A DNA stretch of 64,000 bases from Nitrospinota bacterium (GTDB lineage Bacteria; Nitrospinota; Nitrospinia; Nitrospinales; VA-1), in NCBI GenBank assembly GCA_038108555.1, contig JAYNIA010000006.1, positions 8,774-72,773 of the forward strand, in the 5' to 3' direction. The notes beneath the pieces were generated by a model. The model had not been told where the DNA came from. It saw only the letters and a program-made list of their open reading frames with translations, and searched no databases. Below, in pieces: positions 16,188 through 26,900 of the stretch. Made by a program: the position numbers and the translations under genes. Within the stretch, counting starts at the first letter, position 1. Each line of letters begins with the position of its first letter.

Positions 16188-18407
16188 ATGTCAAAACGTA
16201 GTGCTCTATATTTTGGGGGAATATTCATTTTCACCTTTTTATTACTCACTCCCCTGGGTGTTTTTAACTCTTGGGTTCCCCCTAATATTCATAAAGGCTA
16301 TTACTCCGTCACAACCATCGATGCCGGGGATGACAGTGGTTACTACGCTTTCCTGCGCTCCACCCTGATTGATGGTGATCTCGATTTTTTTAATGAAAGA
16401 AATTACGCCCACGCTGAAAAAATCAATCCTACAGGTTATGTATTTAATAATTGGCAGATGGGGCAGGCGATTCTGTTTTTGCCATTTTTCCTCATAGGGC
16501 ATGCGCTGGCCCATTTTTACCAAAGCCTCGGTTACCCGGTGTCCACCGATGGTTATTCCGCTCCTTATTACATCTCTACTGCGGTAGCATCGGGCACCTA
16601 TTTGTTTGCAGGTTTATTTTTTGTATATCGAACTTTGCGTATGTATGCGCGAAAACGGGTCAGCATGTTGGTGGCAATTTCCGTTTGGCTGGCTTCTCCT
16701 TTGATATATTTTTCGTTCATTCGGCAACGAATGGCTCACACCTCCGAATTTTTCCTCGCTTCCATTTTAATTTTTATATGGATCCAATACCGGAAATCCA
16801 GAGAGCCAATGCATTATGCCGTGATTGGGGTCATACTGGGTTTGCTATCTATGACGCGGGTTATCAATATTGCTTTTTTTGCATTGTTTGCCGTAGACCT
16901 TCTATGGGAATTTCGTAAAGATTGGAAAACCAGCCCGGGTCAAGCCTTTAAGCAAACGTCCCTACTGGCGGGAACCCTGGGAGGATTCTTTTTCCTAACG
17001 ATGTTGCCACAAATTTATTGCTGGTACCAATTGAATGGAGTTCCATTTCCTCCACGGCATATGAAATTTGCCGGGGAAGGTTTGACAGGGATCAGTTTGG
17101 GCCCGCTATTTGAAAATCTGTATACCCTGTTTTTTGATGCTAAATGGGGATTGTTGTTTTCCATGCCACTCGCGGTTTTGGCTTTGATAGGTTTTTTCCT
17201 AAAAGACAGTTTTTCTAAAAACCTGCGCCCGGGTTTACTGGCGTATCTAGTCGGAATTTTTGGAATCATCCTGCTATATCCTGAAGACTCAGCCTCCTAC
17301 GGCCACCGTCATTTGATCTCCGCTCTTCCCGTATTTGCGATTGGACTGGGGATTTTGTTTCAACGTTTCTCAGGGGACAAGCCAAAGATAATAAAAACGG
17401 GTCCCTTCCTTTTTTGCCTGATAGCAATTCTGCTCCAGTTTTCCATGCTAGTTCAATATAAAGTGGTGTTGCCTTATAACCATCCAGAGTTTTCTTTAAA
17501 AGCCATTGGATCTACTTTCGATTTGGTTTCTGGGCACCCTCAACTATTGCTGCGTTCGAGCAATTTTTTCAATGTGATTTTTTTGGACCTTCCAGATTCC
17601 TGGGGTTATAGGGATGGAATGTTTCTTTTACTGTTTCCTTTATACCAATTGGTATCAGTTGCACTCGTCATTTTTTTATTCCATAAGGGATTTAAGGAAA
17701 AAGGGTTTTTGCCATCGATTCTGAGTCCCCGTACCTTTGTTATAAACAGCTCGATTTTAAGTGTGTTTTTGATGGTTGTGATTGGTTTTGCAGCCCCGAC
17801 CAAACCGGAAACGGAAATACAGTCCCGCTTAAAATACCTGGAGGCCTCGAAGAATGGAGAAATGCTTTTTAAGGGAGGGCAATTGGATGCCTCGCGCATT
17901 GCATTTTCTGAAGCCTCCCAGTACCTGCCTGTTGCCTGGAAACCCTATTTCCGAATTGGACAAACCTGGCAATCGCAGGGAAACCTCAATGAAGCGAATA
18001 AGAATTTGAGAATGGCGTTAAGATTCAATCCGGGATTCAGTCCGGGGTTGACCATGCTGGGAAACAATTTAAAAAGACTTGGAAAAGGGCCTGAGGCTGA
18101 AAAAGTTCTTCGTGAGGCCATTCGAAGCTGGCCCCATAATAAATATGCCTATGATTCGCTGGCTCATGTGTTGGCCACCCTCAACAAAAGGCCCGAGGCC
18201 ATACAAATGCTAAAACATGCTATAAGTATAGATCCGAATTATGGGGTTGGGCATGCAAATTTAGCCATGATATATTCCAGCCTCAAGGAAAACCAAAAGA
18301 GCCAGGAACATCTGAACCGTGCCATTCAGCTCGGGGTCCAGGGTCCGGTCATTGATCGAATTAAGTCCATTATTAATGGGAAGGCTCAAACTAATTTGAA
18401 AAAATAG
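16188..18407 (+). CDS. ArnT/PMT-like GT-C membrane glycosyltransferase with C-terminal TPR repeats
   Basis: 739 aa with a ~540-aa polytopic domain. An acidic first-loop motif DAGDDSGYYAFLRSTLIDGDLDF is followed by TPRs (GNLNEANKNLRMALRFNPGF... IDPNYGVGHANLAMIY). Confidence 0.65.
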   Translation: MSKRSALYFGGIFIFTFLLLTPLGVFNSWVPPNIHKGYYSVTTIDAGDDSGYYAFLRSTLIDGDLDFFNERNYAHAEKINPTGYVFNNWQMGQAILFLPFFLIGHALAHFYQSLGYPVSTDGYSAPYYISTAVASGTYLFAGLFFVYRTLRMYARKRVSMLVAISVWLASPLIYFSFIRQRMAHTSEFFLASILIFIWIQYRKSREPMHYAVIGVILGLLSMTRVINIAFFALFAVDLLWEFRKDWKTSPGQAFKQTSLLAGTLGGFFFLTMLPQIYCWYQLNGVPFPPRHMKFAGEGLTGISLGPLFENLYTLFFDAKWGLLFSMPLAVLALIGFFLKDSFSKNLRPGLLAYLVGIFGIILLYPEDSASYGHRHLISALPVFAIGLGILFQRFSGDKPKIIKTGPFLFCLIAILLQFSMLVQYKVVLPYNHPEFSLKAIGSTFDLVSGHPQLLLRSSNFFNVIFLDLPDSWGYRDGMFLLLFPLYQLVSVALVIFLFHKGFKEKGFLPSILSPRTFVINSSILSVFLMVVIGFAAPTKPETEIQSRLKYLEASKNGEMLFKGGQLDASRIAFSEASQYLPVAWKPYFRIGQTWQSQGNLNEANKNLRMALRFNPGFSPGLTMLGNNLKRLGKGPEAEKVLREAIRSWPHNKYAYDSLAHVLATLNKRPEAIQMLKHAISIDPNYGVGHANLAMIYSSLKENQKSQEHLNRAIQLGVQGPVIDRIKSIINGKAQTNLKK

Positions 18408-18673
18408 AATGACATGATTGATGAAATCGATTATTTCCCCAAGCGGGAAAGGCATAATAAAAAGAAAAAGGTTGATTCCGAATGGGATAACCTGAAGAAG
18501 CAAAAAAGCCGGCAGAACGAAAATCCCCCCAAGCCCCCCGATTCTCCCGAAAAAAAACCGCAAGAAAAAAAGAGAAATTAGCCAAAACCCCTCCAGATTG
18601 TATATACTGCACAGATTCATCTACGTATAATGTTTATCAATTTACCGCTCAAAGTTCTCAGGAGTTTTTTGTC

Positions 18674-19960
18674 ATGCGTTTTAGTTTAGATTCTAAATAT
18701 CAATGTCTTCGATGGGCTGTTTTTCTCCTGCTCCTTTTTCCTGCGTCCGTGTTTGCAAGTGTCCAGGAAGAAACGTCAAAAGGCGATGCCGCTTTTAAAC
18801 GGGGTAAGATGAAAGAAGCAGAAAAATACTATTCTTCAGCCCTTAAAATGGATCCCGATAGTTGGCGTATTATGCGGGGTTTGGCGGAAACAAAATTCCA
18901 ACTGAAAAAGTACAGAGAAACCAAGCAGATTGTGGACCGCATCCGGGCCATGAAGATCATCAAAAGAAATACGGTTGTAGTAACTTTACAAGATGGTCAG
19001 ACATTTGAAGCAGAAATCGTAGATGAAAATGTTGTTCCGCCTGACGATGGCAGAAACAATATGAGAAATTATGTGGATGGCGAAGAAGCAAAGCCAGTCC
19101 TGCATTACCGCCTCTTCAATTTGAAAACGGGTAAAATGCACCTCATCCCGCATTCAGATGCTCAATTAAAATATAAAGGTGTTCCACGCCGTGTTTACGA
19201 CTATATGACCGAATTGCATTACAAGGTGGAAGATATTTTGATTGGTATGGAAAGCGAAAAAGGTCCGGTTGAAATGGTGGAAATTAAAGGTGGCTGTTTT
19301 CAGATGGGAAGTAACAAGGGAGCGGCTTCAGAAAGGCCGGTTCATGAAGTTTGTCTGAAATCTTTCCAAATGGATAAATATGAAGTCACCCAGGGAAGAT
19401 TTCTGGCGGTCATGGGTCATAACCCCGGACGTTTTAAAGGTGCCAATAATCCCGTTGAAAGAGTTACCTGGCACGAAGCGAAAGAGTTCTGTGAAAAGAC
19501 CCATAAACGACTTCCTACTGAAGCAGAGTGGGAATATGCGGCGCGTGCCGGAACGACTACGGAATATTATTGGGGAGATGAGTTTCAGGGAGGCAAATCC
19601 AACGTGTGTGATAGTACCTGTGACATGAATATAAGTGTGAAAAATGTTACGGATGGGTATGAATTCACGGCTCCTGTCGGTTCGTTCCCACCCAATCCCT
19701 GGGGTTTGCATGATATGGCAGGGAACGTATATGAGTGGACTGCAGATTGGATGGATGACAAGTATTACATGAAAAGCCCCAGAGACAATCCAAAAGGGCC
19801 GGAGCGGACAAATCCTTCAGATCGAAAGGGAGGGGGAGTTCGAAAAGTGCTCCGAGGAGGTTCTTTTGCAAGTGACACTGACAGTCAACGGTCCGCAGCC
19901 AGGAAAGGGTTTGTAGTTGATTACCGGATTGACCTTTTCGGTTTCCGTTGTGTCTTTTAA
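18674..19960 (+). CDS. Secreted TPR + formylglycine-generating-enzyme (FGE/SUMF1) domain protein
   Basis: Signal-like N-terminus (LLLLFPASVFA), then one or two TPRs. The C-terminal FGE domain has GGCFQMGS, VTWHEAKEFCE..RLPTEAEWEYAARAG, GNVYEWTADW and LRGGSF. AGGAG SD upstream. Confidence 0.8.
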   Translation: MRFSLDSKYQCLRWAVFLLLLFPASVFASVQEETSKGDAAFKRGKMKEAEKYYSSALKMDPDSWRIMRGLAETKFQLKKYRETKQIVDRIRAMKIIKRNTVVVTLQDGQTFEAEIVDENVVPPDDGRNNMRNYVDGEEAKPVLHYRLFNLKTGKMHLIPHSDAQLKYKGVPRRVYDYMTELHYKVEDILIGMESEKGPVEMVEIKGGCFQMGSNKGAASERPVHEVCLKSFQMDKYEVTQGRFLAVMGHNPGRFKGANNPVERVTWHEAKEFCEKTHKRLPTEAEWEYAARAGTTTEYYWGDEFQGGKSNVCDSTCDMNISVKNVTDGYEFTAPVGSFPPNPWGLHDMAGNVYEWTADWMDDKYYMKSPRDNPKGPERTNPSDRKGGGVRKVLRGGSFASDTDSQRSAARKGFVVDYRIDLFGFRCVF

Positions 19961-19985
19961 ATAGAAGTAGGGAAAAACCTGTTCC

Positions 19986-20022
19986 AAAAATCCTGCTCCT
20001 GAAAAGGGGCAGGATTTTTTTT
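19986..20022. terminator. Bidirectional intrinsic terminator between convergent genes
   Basis: AAAAATCCTGCTCC-tgaaaa-GGGGCAGGATTTTTTTT: a ~10-bp stem (19990-19999 / 20006-20015) flanked by an A-run and a T-run. Confidence 0.7.
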
Positions 20023-20028
20023 GCCGTC

Positions 20029-21543
20029 TTATTTTAATTGATCCTTGATGATTTTCCCTGTGGCGGTTTTTGGGAAGGTCTCATAGAACTCGATCAGGTC
20101 GGGGATCATGAAGGCCGGTAAATTTTTTCGGCAAAACTCTTTCATTTCCTGTTCCGTAGCCTGAGCCCCTTCACGCAAAACGATGCAAACCTTTACTTTT
20201 TCCCCCACACGTTCATCAGGTATACCCACGGCAGCAACCTCTGCAGGTGCGGGGTGACCCATCAATACGTTTTCAATGGCTAGCGGGGATACATTTTCAC
20301 CGGCACGAATGATGAGGTCTTTTTTCCTGCCAGCAGAAATATAAAGCCTGCCTTTCTCATCCAAATGTCCCAGATCCCCGGTTTTGAGCCAGCCATCCGG
20401 TTGAATAGTTTCTCGGGTTTCATCCTGTCGTTTCCAATATCCGCTCATGACTGTTTTGCCACGAACCAGAATTTCTCCAATCTCGCCCTGATTCACTGTT
20501 TCCCCCGATTCGCTAACAATGTTTACCTCTACGTTCGGCAAAACAGGTCCTACGGACCCGGGAACACTGCCATCACGCATGCGGTTGACGGCGATCACCG
20601 GTGAGGTCTCTGTAAGCCCGTATCCTTCAATGACTGTCACGCCGAGGGTTTCTTCAACTTTTTTCAAAAGGGTTTCCGGTAAAGCGGCCCCTCCCGAAAT
20701 GCATGTGTGCAATGAAGAAACGTCATAGCCTCCACGTGAATAAAGGTCAACCAGAAACGAATAAATAGTAGGCACTAGAGGCAAAAAGGTCGCCTTATGA
20801 GTTGCTATGGCAGTCAGAATCGATTTGGGTTGAAATTGTTTGAGTAGAATTAATGTGGCACCCACGCGGCAAAAAACCAGGGCCATAATGTTGCCAAATG
20901 AATGGAACAGGGGAAGGGCGACAATCGCACTGTCTTCTGCAGAAATATCCAAATGCTCCAGGAACCCCGAACAGTTTTCATCAAACTGGTCTTCGTTAAG
21001 CATTACCCCTTTGGGTTTTGCAGTAGTGCCTGAAGTATATAGGATGGCGTCCGGAATCCCGGCTTCCCTTTCGTGTTTTCGATACGCGTTTTCCTTATTG
21101 CCGGATTTTAAAAAATCATCAAAGTGAAGAGTCCCGTCCCCCACTTGATTGATGTCGGCCGGGCCAACCAGGATTTTATTTGGAAAAAACTTAAAAAATG
21201 GACTGACCTCAGGTTTCACAAATGCGGAATCAACAACGAGGGTGTCGATACCGGCATCCTGGGCGATGAATGCAAGATCTTCAGGTTTCAAAAGAAAATT
21301 AAAAGGAATGAAAGGAATTCCTTTTAACAGGCAGCCGAACATGGCAATGAGATGTTCTTTCTGATTCAAACAAAGCAGCCCTACCTTGCTGTTTGCATTG
21401 AGTGGCAACTCAGAGAGGCCCGCTGCAAATGCCTCTACCTGATCGCAAAGTTCACGATAGGAAACCGTGCAATCTCCATCAATAATAGCAGCGGCCTCTG
21501 GCTGAATTTCTGCGTGAGATTTTAAGTAATTATAAAAAAGCAT
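20029..21543 (-). CDS. AMP-dependent acyl-CoA synthetase / long-chain fatty acid-CoA ligase
   Basis: 504 aa. ILYTSGTTAKPKGV (AMP-binding), EGYGLTETS, TGDLGHLD and GKIIK motifs. Confidence 0.85.
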   Translation of the reverse strand: MLFYNYLKSHAEIQPEAAAIIDGDCTVSYRELCDQVEAFAAGLSELPLNANSKVGLLCLNQKEHLIAMFGCLLKGIPFIPFNFLLKPEDLAFIAQDAGIDTLVVDSAFVKPEVSPFFKFFPNKILVGPADINQVGDGTLHFDDFLKSGNKENAYRKHEREAGIPDAILYTSGTTAKPKGVMLNEDQFDENCSGFLEHLDISAEDSAIVALPLFHSFGNIMALVFCRVGATLILLKQFQPKSILTAIATHKATFLPLVPTIYSFLVDLYSRGGYDVSSLHTCISGGAALPETLLKKVEETLGVTVIEGYGLTETSPVIAVNRMRDGSVPGSVGPVLPNVEVNIVSESGETVNQGEIGEILVRGKTVMSGYWKRQDETRETIQPDGWLKTGDLGHLDEKGRLYISAGRKKDLIIRAGENVSPLAIENVLMGHPAPAEVAAVGIPDERVGEKVKVCIVLREGAQATEQEMKEFCRKNLPAFMIPDLIEFYETFPKTATGKIIKDQLK

Positions 21544-21647
21544 GGTTTATCTATATAAGTAATTCAAAAATAATAAGCCATTATAATCAAAAATTTTAAA
21601 GAATTGATAAAAGAGAGTATGGGCTTTTTTTTCTGAGGCATTTTGGG

Positions 21648-22529
21648 TTAAGACCGATATCGGCAAAAGAATCCGTTTGGAAGATTGAGTCCGGTAGAGG
21701 TATCGGGGATGAACATTTCTCCAGTTTCAAAATGACCCTTTGAAGTGGAAGGGAGATAGGTCCGCAACATATTTTCCAATGTAAGAGAAGAGAATCCCGG
21801 AGAGTGTGTCGTAAATAGCAGAAAAGCAGGGGAATCTGTGAGAATATTCCTACAGGCTTCCATGAATTCAGAAAGTTTGGTTTCGATCTGCCAGACTTCC
21901 CCTTTGGGTCCGCGTCCGAAGGAGGGTGGATCCATAATAATCGCTTCATATTTATTTCCCCGGCGGTGTTCCCTCTGCATATATTTCAAGGCATCTTCGA
22001 CGATCCATCGAACCGGTCGATCCCCCAAACCCGATAGTTCCAGGTTCTGGCGTGCCCAGTTGACCGAGGCTTTTGAAGCGTCTAAATGAGTGACATGGGC
22101 CCCCGCTGAGGCCGCTGCGAGGGTGCTGGCTCCGGTATACCCAAAAACGTTAAGTACTTTGATTTCTTTGCCGTTAAGCAGTTTAAGCTGGTCTATTATC
22201 CAAAGCCAATTGGGGGCCTGTTCGGGAAAAATTCCGATATGTCCGAATCCGGTGGGTTTGACGTTGAAAACGATGTCGCGGAATTTAATTTCCCACCCGT
22301 TTTCGGGAAGTTTGGAAAAAATTTTCCATTCGCCACCCGTATCTTTGCCCTTGAAATATTTATATTCCCCCTCTGCTTTTTTCCATTCTGAAGCAGGAAG
22401 GGATTTTGGCCAAAGGGCTTGTGGTGCTGGACGGCAAAATCGATGCGGACCAAATTGTTCAAGTTTTTGAAAAGAACCGGTATCCAATAATTGATACTCA
22501 AAATTGTCTAAAGGGTAAACGCTGCTCAT
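21648..22529 (-). CDS. Class I SAM-dependent methyltransferase (RlmI/YccW-type catalytic domain, no PUA)
   Basis: VLNVFGYTGASTLAAASAGA (motif I), HLDASK and IIMDPPSFGRG (motif IV). Confidence 0.7.
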   Translation of the reverse strand: MSSVYPLDNFEYQLLDTGSFQKLEQFGPHRFCRPAPQALWPKSLPASEWKKAEGEYKYFKGKDTGGEWKIFSKLPENGWEIKFRDIVFNVKPTGFGHIGIFPEQAPNWLWIIDQLKLLNGKEIKVLNVFGYTGASTLAAASAGAHVTHLDASKASVNWARQNLELSGLGDRPVRWIVEDALKYMQREHRRGNKYEAIIMDPPSFGRGPKGEVWQIETKLSEFMEACRNILTDSPAFLLFTTHSPGFSSLTLENMLRTYLPSTSKGHFETGEMFIPDTSTGLNLPNGFFCRYRS

Positions 22530-22576
22530 GGTTGCGGTTTAAAATCTTTATTCGCTCTTGTGATAAAATTTAGTAA

Positions 22577-23941
22577 ATGAAGAATTATATCAGAAAATTG
22601 AATCGCAATCGTTGCGCTTCCCTTTGTCTTGTTTTGTTGATTTTTACCTCTTGTTTTCCTGCCGAAAAAGAAAAACCAACAGTTGAGAAAAAAGATTTCT
22701 CTCTTCCGGTTCAAATTGGGAAAGTTGTTTATATGAATCTGGCCGATGAGGTGCGTGCTTTCGGTAATATCGAATCAGGACAGGAACTGGCAGTTTCACC
22801 AGAAATAAAGGGCCGTGTGGCAATGGTTTTAGTTGAAAAAGGACACAAGGTAAAAGCCGGTGACCTGATTGCGCAAATTGATCCGGGGGATTATGAGCTT
22901 GTCCTGGAAAAGCTCTATGCGGACTTCTCTTCCTCTGAGGAGGAATTCAAAAAAGCCCGGGAGGGATTACGCCAGGAGGAAAAGGAAAGGTTGGAGGCGC
23001 AAACACGGGCTGCACAAAGTTCTCTGAAACTTGCCAAAGTAGAATTGAAGAGAACAAAAAACCTTGTCGAAAGAAAAGTTCTTCCCCAATCTGAACTGGA
23101 TGATGCGGAAGATAAAATTCGCCAGGCCAGTGAAACATTGAAAGCGAGCCAGGCGGAACAGGCAGCGGGAATGACTTCTCGCGTAGAGGAGATAGAAAAA
23201 CTGGGGTCTGAAATCGATGCCATTCGAAAACAGATCGAGGTAGCTGAAAACAACCTTTCAAAAGTAGATGTTTTGGCTCCGTTTGACGGAGTGATTATTA
23301 CCAAAGAAATTGACCAGGGGGCCATTGTTAGTCCGGGAACGGTTATTGTTTCTATGATTAGCTCTTCCAGATTTAAAGCTGTTCTTGAAATTCCGCAAGG
23401 TTACCGAAATAAATTAAACAAACTGAGAAAAGCCGATTTTTTCGTGAAGGAGTTGGGGTTGCGATTCAAGTACAGCAAAAACCTGAAGCGGATGATTCGA
23501 GTGATTCCCGATTCGAAAATTTTTTCCGGAAATATTAAAGTCCAAATCGATTTGCAAAATCCTGATTCGTCTTTGTATTCGGGTTTGACCCTTGAGAGTA
23601 AATTGAGTTTTGGAGTGCGCAAAAATGTCCTTAACGTTCCAGCCATTTCTTTGGTGAAAACCGAAAAGGGAACGGTGGTATATATTGTAAAAAATAAAAA
23701 AGCACACCCGGTTCCTGTGAAAGTTTTCCAAGAGCACGATGGATTTGTTGAGATCAAGGATACTACGCGTCAGTTAAATGCGGATGCAAAATTGATAATG
23801 AGAGGATCAGGGGCCGTTTTCCCGGAGGCCACCGTATTCATAACTAATCCCGAATCGGGTATGGAAACACCGTTAAACTCCGCATCCAAAGATAGTGGCA
23901 TGGAAAAACCTAAAGCTTCTGCGAAAAATCCGAAAAGCTGA
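22577..23941 (+). CDS. RND efflux periplasmic adaptor (MFP/HlyD family), probable lipoprotein
   Basis: LLIFTSC lipobox-like N-terminus, GDLIAQIDPGDYEL lipoyl-like motif, long coiled coil, VLAPFDGVI. Its stop overlaps the RND pump start (TGATG). Confidence 0.85.
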   Translation: MKNYIRKLNRNRCASLCLVLLIFTSCFPAEKEKPTVEKKDFSLPVQIGKVVYMNLADEVRAFGNIESGQELAVSPEIKGRVAMVLVEKGHKVKAGDLIAQIDPGDYELVLEKLYADFSSSEEEFKKAREGLRQEEKERLEAQTRAAQSSLKLAKVELKRTKNLVERKVLPQSELDDAEDKIRQASETLKASQAEQAAGMTSRVEEIEKLGSEIDAIRKQIEVAENNLSKVDVLAPFDGVIITKEIDQGAIVSPGTVIVSMISSSRFKAVLEIPQGYRNKLNKLRKADFFVKELGLRFKYSKNLKRMIRVIPDSKIFSGNIKVQIDLQNPDSSLYSGLTLESKLSFGVRKNVLNVPAISLVKTEKGTVVYIVKNKKAHPVPVKVFQEHDGFVEIKDTTRQLNADAKLIMRGSGAVFPEATVFITNPESGMETPLNSASKDSGMEKPKASAKNPKS

Positions 23942-26900
23942 TGAAACTTATAGACCAATCAATTAGAAATTATCATACGGTTACGGTCATAATTGTTATG
24001 GCGTTGGTGGTGGGTGCTTTATGCTTTCAAACCCTTCCGAGACAGTTGACTCCTACTGTGGATAAACCCCAAATCGAAGTGAAGACCGAGTACCTTGGTT
24101 TGTCCCCCAATGAAGTAGAACGCAACATCAGCCGGCGTCTGGAAGAACAGCTTGAGTCTGTCGAGGGGATGAAGAAGATGACCTCGACCAGTCAACACGG
24201 ATTGAGCACCATCAACCTTGAGTTTGAATGGGGCATTGACAAAAATCTTGCTGTGCTTGATGTGAATAATAAATTGCAGCAGGTGAAAGACCTTCCTATT
24301 AATGCAGACAAACCCACGTTGCGGTCGATATCCAGTGATAACTCCAGTCCCATCATGTGGATCGTATTTGACAAACCCGATGAGAAGATGCCGGATCTGA
24401 ATCAGAACTATATGTACAAAATCGGGGAGGATATTATTGTTCCTTCTTTAAGAAGGATTAAGGGGATTGCAGATGTATGGCATTTCGGAGGTGAGGAGCG
24501 CGAAATGCGTGTCGAGTTTAATCCCTACAGCCTGGCACGGCTGCGGTTGACTTATAAAGAGGTGATAGATCGTCTCACGGAAGAAAACCAGAATACCCGT
24601 GCCGGGTTTCACGATGAAGAAAACCGGGCTTATACCGTTCGCGGGCTGGGTGAATTTATAAATCCGGAAGACATTCTTGATACGGTTATAAAAAGGGATG
24701 GTGACCGGACCATCCGGGTGCGTGATTTTGCAACGGTGGTCGATGGTTACCAAAGAACCGATTCCCTGGTGCGTATCAGCGGAAATTTATCAAACGCATT
24801 TGGAGTGATTCGCAAAGCGGGTGCCAACGTTGTAGAAACATGTAACCTCGCGGCCGAACGGGTTAAAGTTTTAAATCAGGAACTGCTGAATCGCGGAATT
24901 CCCCTAAAGTTAAAAATTGTTTACAAGGATGTAGATTACATCGATGAGGCAATGCGCCTTGTAAAATCGAACCTCGGGTTGGGTGCCGTCCTTGCGGTTG
25001 CTGTTTTGCTGGTCTTTCTTGGGTCAGCGCGGTCATTGTTGATCGTTGCGATCAGCATTCCCGTTAGTCTGGTGTCCGTTTTTATTATTTTGAAAATGTT
25101 AGGGCGAAGTATCAACATCATTTCGCTCGCAGGTATGGCCTTTGCCGTAGGCATGGTGGTAGATAATTCTATTGTGGTCCTTGAAAATATTTATCGCCAC
25201 TTAACCATGAAGAAGGGGGTTTTAAAAGCTGCCTACGATGGGGCCTCCGAAGTGTGGGGAGCTGTGTTAGCTTCGACATTGACAACTTTGGCGGTGTTCC
25301 TTCCTATTGTGTTCATTGAAGAAGAAGCCGGGCAAATGTTTCGCGACATTGCAATCACGATCAGTGGTTGTATCGCGCTTTCATTATTGGTGTCTATCAC
25401 CGTTATTCCCACTCTGACCACTTTGTTGATCCGGTTGAAACCGGGCGAGGAATACAAACCGGGATTCTTTCACCGCACCTTGTTCCGTCCTGTAGTGTTG
25501 ATAGGTAAGGGAATCGGAAATGCCTATTCCGGATTGATGGCTCGTATACTCCATAATTCTTTTTTCAGTGTTTTGATGCGAATAGGAATTCTTGTGGGTG
25601 TTTGCTGGATGCTGTGGTATAGCGGCCAGGTTTTGCCTAAAAAAGATTATCTTCCCTATGGAAATACAAATATGGTGTTCATGATGATTGAACCAGTTGC
25701 AGGAACACCTGCTTCAACCAACATGAAATATCTGGCGGAATATGAAAAAAAGATTGTCAACATGGAAGATGTAAACAGAAACTTTTTGGTTTTTTCTCCC
25801 AGGTTCAATGGCGGCGGAGCCATCATTGAAAAAGATCTGGCACAGGGACAACGGGGAGAAGTAAAGATGGCTGTGAAGGCAAATGAAATGGGAGGCGATA
25901 TTTTTGTCATTCCCGGATACCGGTTTGCATTTGCCGTACAGCGTCCTATTTTCCGCTCTGCGGATAAAACATTTGAGGTGGAAATTACCGGACCTGAAAT
26001 TCTCAAGCTGAAAGATATTGCCATGGGTTTGATTGGTAGAATCTCTGGAATCTCGGGTGTCCATTCGGTGCGCCCCGAATTTAAATTTGGAAACCCGGAA
26101 CTTCGATTCATTCCCAGAAGGGAAGATGCGGCAAGGTTGGAATTGGGAATGAAGGAAATAGGAGATATTGTTGAGTCTTTAAACGCGGGAAAATATTTAG
26201 GTGAGTTCAACGACCGGGGCGAGCCTATTGATTTTGTCCTGGTCCAGAAAAAGGACGATAAAAAACTGGGCCTCGAAGATTATCGCTCTCTCCCCATTTG
26301 GACAGACCAGGAATTAATGACCCACCTGGGTCATCTGGCAGATATTGAGATTGATGCCGGTCCCGCCAGGATAGACCATATAGGAACGGAACGGGCGATT
26401 AAACTCCGGGTGCAGGTGCGAAAAGATATACCCATGCAAACCGTCATCGATAATGTGGAAGAAAAAGTATTGGGACCGACCCGGCTTACTTTGAATGAAG
26501 AGTTTGGCTTGAGGATCGGAGGTTCTGCGGATGAATTGGCTTCTACAGAGAAATCCCTGGCGAATAGTTTCGCCTATGCCGTAGGATTCATTTATCTTCT
26601 CCTCGTCGCCTTGTTCTCATCTTTTATCCGTCCTTTTATTGTTATGCTTACCGTGATCCTTGCGGTTTCAGGGTCTTTTCTGGGAATCACCTGGAACAAC
26701 TGGTACCAGAGGGGAAACATACTGAGCATATTGGAGGAATGGAAGGTTCCAAATGCACAGGCGATGGCCGAAGGTTGGAACTGGATTACCTTCGATATCC
26801 TCACTCAGTTGGGTGTGGTTATCCTGGCTGGAATTGTTGTGAACAATGCTATCTTGATCGTCCATCAAATGCTGAACAATATTAAAGCCGGGATGGAAGA

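Noticed and set aside
16451-16918. 155-aa plus-strand ORF in an alternative frame within the GT-C/TPR gene
   Set aside because: It is an out-of-frame overlap with a 739-aa ORF that shows coherent TM + TPR architecture. The alternative frame is Cys/Arg/Phe-rich with no motif.
21596-21949. 117-aa minus-strand ORF overlapping the 3' part of the methyltransferase gene
   Set aside because: It is out of frame with, and mostly inside, the 293-aa SAM-methyltransferase ORF that carries motifs I and IV.
25656-26210. 184-aa minus-strand ORF, and other antisense ORFs inside the RND pump and adaptor genes such as 22915-23325
   Set aside because: They are embedded antisense in strongly supported RND and MFP coding sequences, so they are shadow ORFs.
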